DNA of 64,000 nt from Escherichia phage vB_EcoM_KWBSE43-6, in sequence record NC_048186.1; one strand, given 5' to 3'. The position numbers were made by a program, and so were the translations under genes. Every line of letters starts with the position of its first letter. Within the stretch, counting starts at the first letter, position 1. The notes under the pieces are model-generated. The model saw only the letters and a list, made by a program, of their open reading frames with translations, did no database searches and had not been told where the DNA came from. Below, one piece after another: positions 58,890 through 64,000 of the stretch.

Positions 58890-59054
58890 ATGAGCGCGAT
58901 CGATATTGTTCGAGCCGTACTGGATGGTGACATCGAAAATGCCACGGCAGAATGTGGTATGGAACTTGATGCCCGCCGTGAAGAACTGATTGCTCAGGGT
59001 ACAGAATACGTTCTGAATTCCCTGGGTGACGATCTCAGCACTGGCGCGGAATAG
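58890..59054 (+). CDS. small acidic protein, 54 aa (prohead core protein candidate), not in ORF track
   Basis: Manual translation MSAIDIVRAVLDGDIENATAECGMELDARREELIAQGTEYVLNSLGDDLSTGAE; GGAG SD; position matches T4 gp67/gp68 slot. Confidence 0.45.
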   Translation: MSAIDIVRAVLDGDIENATAECGMELDARREELIAQGTEYVLNSLGDDLSTGAE

Positions 59055-59063
59055 GTGATTAAT

Positions 59064-59372
59064 ATGGAAATCAAAGAAATTGCCACGTTCGCTGATTTCC
59101 TGGCTTCCCGCATGGACGAACAGAAAGTCATCGATAAAGTGAACGCAAAAGGTAAACGCCGTCGTCGTTTAAAATGCGCTCCTGGATTCAAACTTTCCGC
59201 TGATGGTTCTCGTTGTGAAGTCATGAACGCCAGCGAGCGTCGTACCCGTAAACTGGGCAACCGGAAAGCCATACGCGCTAAAAAACGTATGGGCCTGGGG
59301 TATGAACGCAAAGTGGAGCGGCGTAAAAAGAAAGCCATGAAGTTCCGTAAAATGATGGGACTGAGCAAGTAA
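59064..59372 (+). CDS. basic prohead core protein candidate (gp68-like by position)
   Basis: Start MEIKEIATF; highly basic C-terminal half. Confidence 0.45.
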   Translation: MEIKEIATFADFLASRMDEQKVIDKVNAKGKRRRRLKCAPGFKLSADGSRCEVMNASERRTRKLGNRKAIRAKKRMGLGYERKVERRKKKAMKFRKMMGLSK

Positions 59373-59379
59373 GGAGCAA

Positions 59380-60048
59380 ATGATGAAACTGTTGCGTGAG
59401 ATCACGGCGATAGGAAAGGAACTTCAGATCGGGGAAGCGCAAACTTCCACTGGTGGGAAGGCCATGTTCATCGAAGGTCCGTTTGTGATGTGTAACCAGG
59501 TTAACCGCAACGGGCGCAACTACGACCTTGAAAAAGTCGGTCGCCCTGCTGTGGAAGCATATGACCGGGAATACATTCAAGATCGTCGCGCAATCGGTGA
59601 ACTCAAGCATCCTGACTATCCATTTCCTGATATCGAACATGCCGCCCTCAAAACCGAGTCACTCGTGTGGCAAGGCAACAATGCAATCGGGCGGGCGCGT
59701 ATTTTAAACACCCCCAAAGGTCAGATCATCCGTGCTCTGGCTGATGCGGACTTCAACCTGGCTGTCTCTACACGTGGCCTGGGTGAGACAGTAGAAGTTA
59801 ACGGCTATGATGACGTCAAGCCGGGCTTCATGCTTACCGCTGTTGATGCTGTCGACCGTCCTTCTGGACAAGTTTGTTATGTAAAAGCGGTTCACGAATC
59901 TGTAGACTGGCAACTTGATGAATCCTCTGGTATCTGGATGCCTCGGGACATCAAAGGTCAGGTTGTAGACAATCTGGTTAAACACAATAGCCAGCTTGAA
60001 GACGACTTCCTGCGCCGTCTTGATTTAGCTCTTAAAAAATTGGGTTGA
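59380..60048 (+). CDS. prohead core protease (T4 gp21-like)
   Basis: 222 aa; QVNRNGRNY and GELKHPDYP...GRARIL...STRGLG resemble T4 gp21 as recalled. Confidence 0.85.
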   Translation: MMKLLREITAIGKELQIGEAQTSTGGKAMFIEGPFVMCNQVNRNGRNYDLEKVGRPAVEAYDREYIQDRRAIGELKHPDYPFPDIEHAALKTESLVWQGNNAIGRARILNTPKGQIIRALADADFNLAVSTRGLGETVEVNGYDDVKPGFMLTAVDAVDRPSGQVCYVKAVHESVDWQLDESSGIWMPRDIKGQVVDNLVKHNSQLEDDFLRRLDLALKKLG

Positions 60049-60058
60049 TTTCAGCTCA

Positions 60059-60065
60059 CTAAATA
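60059..60065 (+). promoter_or_regulatory. late-promoter-like motif CTAAATA
   Basis: Located 29 nt upstream of scaffold ATG 60094. Confidence 0.35.
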
Positions 60066-60093
60066 CTGAAAAATCGTTCAGAAGGAAATTATC

Positions 60094-60954
60094 ATGAAAC
60101 CTGAATTACAAAAACTGTTTGAGGGCGTTAATGGCCTCAGCACCGAGTTCCTGGACAAAGTGAGCGGTCTGATGGAGGCTAAAGTCGGCGAAGCCCGTCT
60201 TCAGGCTATCCAAGAGACTGAACATGTTGCCCACCAGGAACGTCTGAAACTGGTGGAAGCGCATCAGCAAGAAATCGCTAACCTGAAAGAAACTCATATT
60301 CAGGAAGTGGCGACCAAAGTTGATGCATTCCTGAATGCCGTGGTTGAAGAATGGGCGAACAAAAATGCTCCGGCTATTGACGCTACCATCAAAACCGAAG
60401 CGGCTGAAAAATTCCTGTCTGGTATGGTCAACGTGCTGAAAGAAGCCAACGTTGAATTTACTGTAGACACCGACGGCCAGATCGCGGCCCTGACTCATCG
60501 TCTGGCGGAAGCAGAAAAACGTGCAAACGTTTCTGAATCCGAGCTGAAACAGATCCGTGAACAAGAAAGTGTCCGCCAGCGCAATAACGTCATTGACGAA
60601 ATTTGCGAAGGCATGGTCAGTACCAAAAAAGAAGTCGTTGTTGGCCTTCTGGAAGGTATTCAATTTTCTGACGCCTCTTCCTTCGGCGCTCGCGTTCGCA
60701 CCTTCCGCAACCTGGTAGAAGGTAACAAAGACGACTTTACTGACAAAGTCGGTAAAGACAACGAAGGCGGTAAATCTTCTGATGATCAGGAAAAAGACAT
60801 CAAAGAAGGCAAAAAACAGAAAAAAGAAGGCGACGATGACGATGATGACGACAACGACAACGACGATGACCCTGATGAAACCGACAAAGAACTGAAAGAG
60901 TCGGTCAGCCGTCAGCTGGAAGAATACCGTCGTATGCGTGGTCTGAAAGGCTAA
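60094..60954 (+). CDS. prohead scaffolding core protein (T4 gp22-like)
   Basis: 286 aa, coiled-coil, highly acidic poly-Asp C-terminal stretch; between protease and major capsid genes. Confidence 0.75.
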   Translation: MKPELQKLFEGVNGLSTEFLDKVSGLMEAKVGEARLQAIQETEHVAHQERLKLVEAHQQEIANLKETHIQEVATKVDAFLNAVVEEWANKNAPAIDATIKTEAAEKFLSGMVNVLKEANVEFTVDTDGQIAALTHRLAEAEKRANVSESELKQIREQESVRQRNNVIDEICEGMVSTKKEVVVGLLEGIQFSDASSFGARVRTFRNLVEGNKDDFTDKVGKDNEGGKSSDDQEKDIKEGKKQKKEGDDDDDDDNDNDDDPDETDKELKESVSRQLEEYRRMRGLKG

Positions 60955-61048
60955 ATTTTGCAGCCACAGCCCTCTATAAAAGGGGGCTTGATTTTGAACG
61001 ACTAAGTAATTTCAACTTAACTGAATATCAATGTAAGGAATGAGCATC

Positions 61049-62371
61049 ATGGCTAAGAAACTTGTTACTGAACAAATGCGCGAAACGTGGCTGCCGGTTC
61101 TGAATGAAGAATCCAAATCTATTCAGCCGCTGTCTGCCGAAAACGTCGCGGTTCGCCTGCTGCAGAACCAGGCCGAATGGAACGCCAAAAACCTGGGCGA
61201 ATCCGAAGCGCCGGGTTCTCTGAACACCACTGTCGGTAAATGGCAACCGGTTCTGATCGATATGGCAAAACGTCTGGCGCCGATCAACATCGCGATGGAC
61301 TTCTTCGGCGTTCAGCCGCTGTCTGGTCCGGACGGTCAGATCTTCGCACTGCGTGCTCGCCAGGGCGTTGCTGACGGTTCTAACACCCAGCAGTCCCGTA
61401 AAGAACTGTTCATGCAGGAAGCCGATTCCGGTTATTCTGGTGACGGTACTGTACAGGCTGGCGACCCGTCTGGCTTCACCCAGGCTGAGATCGAAGGTTC
61501 CGGCGCTGGCACCACCACCATCGGTAAAGGTATGCCGTCGACCGACGCTGAACTGCTGGGCTCTCCGTCCAATCCGTGGGCGCGTGTTGGTATCACCGTT
61601 CAAAAAGCGACCGTTACTGCGAAATCTCGCGGCCTGTACGCTGATTACAGCCACGAACTGCGCCAGGATATGATGGCGATCCACGGCGAAGACGTGGACA
61701 ACATTCTGTCCGACGTGATGGTAACTGAAATTCAGGCGGAAATGAACCGCGAATTCATCCGCACCATGAACTTCAGCGCAGTGCGTTTCAAAAAATTCGG
61801 CACCAACGGTATCGTAGACATCGCTCAAGACATCTCCGGTCGTTGGGCGCTGGAAAAATGGAAATTCCTGACCTTCATCCTGGAAGTTGAAGCGAACGGT
61901 ATCGGCGTCGACACCCGTCGTGGTAAAGGCAACCGTGTTCTGTGTTCCCCGAACGTAGCGTCCGCGCTGGCAATGTCCGGCATGCTGGATTACGCTCCAG
62001 TTCTGCAGGAAAACACCAAGCTGGCGGTTGACCCGACTGGTCAGACCTTTGCGGGCGTTCTGTCCAACGGTATGCGCGTCTATATCGACCCGTATGCAGT
62101 AGCAGAATATATCACCCTGGCGTACAAAGGCGCAACTGCGCTGGATGCTGGTATCTTCTTCGCACCTTACGTGCCGCTGGAAATGTACCGTACCCAGGGT
62201 GAAAGCACCTTCGCACCGCGTATGGCGTTCAAAACCCGTTACGGTATCTGCGCGAACCCGTTCGTACAGATCCCGGCGAACCAAGACCCGCAGGTATACG
62301 TTACTGCCGATGGCATCGCCCAAGACAGCAACCCGTACTTCCGTAAAGGTCTCATCAAATCTCTGTTCTAA
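61049..62371 (+). CDS. major capsid protein (T4 gp23-like)
   Basis: ATG 61049 with AAGGAA SD (track start 61040); AMDFFGVQPLSGPDGQIFALRA, TAKSRGLYADYSHELRQD and FKTRYGICANPF resemble T4 gp23 as recalled. Confidence 0.9.
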   Translation: MAKKLVTEQMRETWLPVLNEESKSIQPLSAENVAVRLLQNQAEWNAKNLGESEAPGSLNTTVGKWQPVLIDMAKRLAPINIAMDFFGVQPLSGPDGQIFALRARQGVADGSNTQQSRKELFMQEADSGYSGDGTVQAGDPSGFTQAEIEGSGAGTTTIGKGMPSTDAELLGSPSNPWARVGITVQKATVTAKSRGLYADYSHELRQDMMAIHGEDVDNILSDVMVTEIQAEMNREFIRTMNFSAVRFKKFGTNGIVDIAQDISGRWALEKWKFLTFILEVEANGIGVDTRRGKGNRVLCSPNVASALAMSGMLDYAPVLQENTKLAVDPTGQTFAGVLSNGMRVYIDPYAVAEYITLAYKGATALDAGIFFAPYVPLEMYRTQGESTFAPRMAFKTRYGICANPFVQIPANQDPQVYVTADGIAQDSNPYFRKGLIKSLF

Positions 62372-62389
62372 TCGGACAGCTGATCTGAA

Positions 62390-62420
62390 TCAAACCCCGC
62401 CATGTGCGGGGTTTTTCTTT
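62390..62420 (+). terminator. strong rho-independent terminator after major capsid gene
   Basis: aaaccccgccatgtgcggggttt followed by ttcttt. Confidence 0.75.
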
Positions 62421-62470
62421 ATACACCCTCAGTGTTATTATATTATGGTCTATCACTGAGGAAACAAAAC

Positions 62471-62716
62471 ATGAATCTGTCAGGAGCAGCAATTGATGTT
62501 CTATACCAACTTTTCTGGTTTGGGCCAAGAGAAGCTGGTGAAATTCCGTCTAAATCTGGTGAGTTGGAATTGTTGTCTAAAGGGTTGTGCGAAAGATTAG
62601 ATCTGGTTTCTACACCCAAAGGCAAAGATACTCATCTCTGCGTTTTGACTCCAAATGGTTACATCCAATCCCGCGCTCTTTTCTTCCATTCCAACAAACA
62701 GGAAATCAAATCATGA
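62471..62716 (+). CDS. hypothetical small protein
   Basis: ORF track 62402..62716; ATG 62471 with GAGGAA SD. Confidence 0.5.
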   Translation: MNLSGAAIDVLYQLFWFGPREAGEIPSKSGELELLSKGLCERLDLVSTPKGKDTHLCVLTPNGYIQSRALFFHSNKQEIKS

Positions 62717-63033
62717 GTATTCAATTAACCATTTCTTCCCTGATCCCAGCGTTCGGCAGCAATCTGGAACAAATCACTTACATCCGTAATCGGCTGGAAG
62801 ATGTGGCGTTCCAATTGGGGTATGTGGAACCTCCTCGGGAAGTAAAAGAAGCGGAGGATGCTGCGGCACCTTCCAACCTCATCGATGCGTATGATGAAAT
62901 CGGGCGTAAAACGAACGTTGTCATACAGCAAATTTTTGAATATATCGGGTTTATAGAAAACGCGCTGGGGAATTCTTACCACCCCCAGTCTGATTCGGTT
63001 AAGGAAATTGTTCCAACATCTAATGGTATTTAA
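62713..63033 (+). CDS. hypothetical protein
   Basis: ORF track 62587..63033; ATG 62713 overlaps previous stop (ATGA). Confidence 0.5.
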   Translation: MSIQLTISSLIPAFGSNLEQITYIRNRLEDVAFQLGYVEPPREVKEAEDAAAPSNLIDAYDEIGRKTNVVIQQIFEYIGFIENALGNSYHPQSDSVKEIVPTSNGI

Positions 63034-63035
63034 AG

Positions 63036-63062
63036 AGAGGGCGCAGTCGCGCCCTTTTATTT
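63036..63062 (+). terminator. rho-independent terminator
   Basis: agggcgcagtcgcgccct followed by tttatttg. Confidence 0.6.
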
Positions 63063-63071
63063 GGGGGTTTT

Positions 63072-63320
63072 ATGTACTCAAATATTTCAAACTCTGAAGC
63101 CCTGTCTTTGGCTAAACGATACCATTGCTTCAAGTCCCGCGCCGGGCATTCCTGGGATAAAAAGGCGTGGATCAAGCAATTACAGATACAAATAGAGATA
63201 ATGGAATCTCTATCCACTCAGTGCGGAAATAACCCATTCGCTGCCCGTTGTCTTGAACAAGAGTATGCAACTCTTAAAATGCAACTGAACACTGCGATGT
63301 CACACGTTTTGCACTCTTAA
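63072..63320 (+). CDS. hypothetical small protein
   Basis: 82-aa ORF. Confidence 0.45.
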   Translation: MYSNISNSEALSLAKRYHCFKSRAGHSWDKKAWIKQLQIQIEIMESLSTQCGNNPFAARCLEQEYATLKMQLNTAMSHVLHS

Positions 63321-63378
63321 CTTTTCAATAAACAGATTTCAATTATTATTCACCCACAATCTAAACGAGGAACAACTG

Positions 63379-63585
63379 ATGGCCCGCGAAGACAATTCAC
63401 AGATTTCTACCAACGCCAACTCAACCTTCAATGAGTGGCACAACACCCTTGAGCGCGTAGCACGTTCTCAAGGTGGTTCAGCTGCTGACGCCGATGCCTG
63501 GCGTGAAGATTATGACAATGGCAAGACTCCGCGCCAGGCATGGGAAGACGAATGGGGATGGGAAGATGCAGACACTAATTCGTAA
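63379..63585 (+). CDS. hypothetical small acidic protein
   Basis: 68-aa ORF. Confidence 0.45.
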   Translation: MAREDNSQISTNANSTFNEWHNTLERVARSQGGSAADADAWREDYDNGKTPRQAWEDEWGWEDADTNS

Positions 63586-63796
63586 AATCTTTCTGGATAA
63601 AAAGGGGATGGAATCAAAGGTCGAAATCATCACGACTCAAAAATTGTTTGAGAAAGGTGAAACTCGATACTATCTTAATGTGTTCCTTTACCTTCCAGAA
63701 TGCAGCCTGAACCGCGATATTACCCAACCGGATGGAACTGTGGTCCGTTGGGAAATAGCCAAACAGGAAGATGTTGAAAAAGACATATCACTTTGA
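63566..63796 (+). CDS. hypothetical small protein
   Basis: ORF track 63473..63796; likely start MQTLIRKIF overlapping previous gene end. Confidence 0.45.
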   Translation: MQTLIRKIFLDKKGMESKVEIITTQKLFEKGETRYYLNVFLYLPECSLNRDITQPDGTVVRWEIAKQEDVEKDISL

Positions 63797-63810
63797 AGCG
63801 AGATCTATAT

Positions 63811-64000
63811 CATGACAAATAAATTCATTTTTCTGGACGTTCGCGGTAAACGATTCTTCAAAACCGATCTGGACGAAAAGACAGAAGGGTTCCAGGGGCG
63901 ATTATCATATTTGTTGCCGACAGGCGATATCGACACCCAAAGATATGTGGCGGATGTACGGGATCTCCTGGATTGTGGTTGGGTTGAAATTCCTAACCCC
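63811..64000 (+). CDS. hypothetical protein, partial (continues beyond window end; not in ORF track)
   Basis: ATG at 63811, open to the window edge (MTNKFIFLDVRGKRFFKTDLDEK...). Confidence 0.4.

Noticed and set aside
61028-62323. 431-aa minus-strand ORF antisense to the major capsid gene, and similar antisense ORFs in sheath (54534..55487), portal (57308..58162), scaffold (60106..60663) and 8566..9372
   Set aside because: Each lies fully inside a gene with strong homology support on the other strand; compositions are atypical (Arg/Val/Gly-rich).
1-64000. CRISPR arrays, integrase or transposase genes, prophage attachment sites
   Set aside because: No direct-repeat/spacer periodicity and no recombinase-like ORFs were seen; the window looks like a contiguous virulent-phage genome segment.

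Overview
This window reads as a segment of a large T4-like myovirus genome, with a tailspike cluster and DNA-modification genes that resemble the Ackermannviridae (ViI/CBA120-like) layout; all calls are from reading the sequence and ORF track and recalling T4 protein motifs, with no database search run. Coordinates 1-22200 are mostly minus-strand early/middle genes: rIIB-like (partial, runs off the window start and is absent from the ORF track), rIIA-like, a family-B DNA polymerase, a P-loop kinase, a PLP-dependent enzyme, a HAD-like hydrolase and many small hypothetical or membrane proteins. Coordinates 22300-24000 hold seven canonical minus-strand tRNA genes, followed by about 2.4 kb (24000-26430) with almost no credible ORFs but long inverted repeats and tRNA-like T-arm fragments. 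Coordinates 27587-64000 are a plus-strand late structural module: gp6-like baseplate wedge, a repeat-containing tail fibre, four consecutive beta-helix tailspike genes, a 1612-aa structural protein, neck/tail-completion genes, small and large terminase, tail sheath, a GIY-YIG endonuclease, tail tube, portal, prohead protease, scaffold and a gp23-like major capsid protein. The strongest single finding is a 159-aa mini-intein inserted in the Walker A P-loop of the large terminase. Many ORF-track entries carry N-terminal extensions or non-ATG starts; I re-set starts where a Shine-Dalgarno-ATG and homology made the true start clear.
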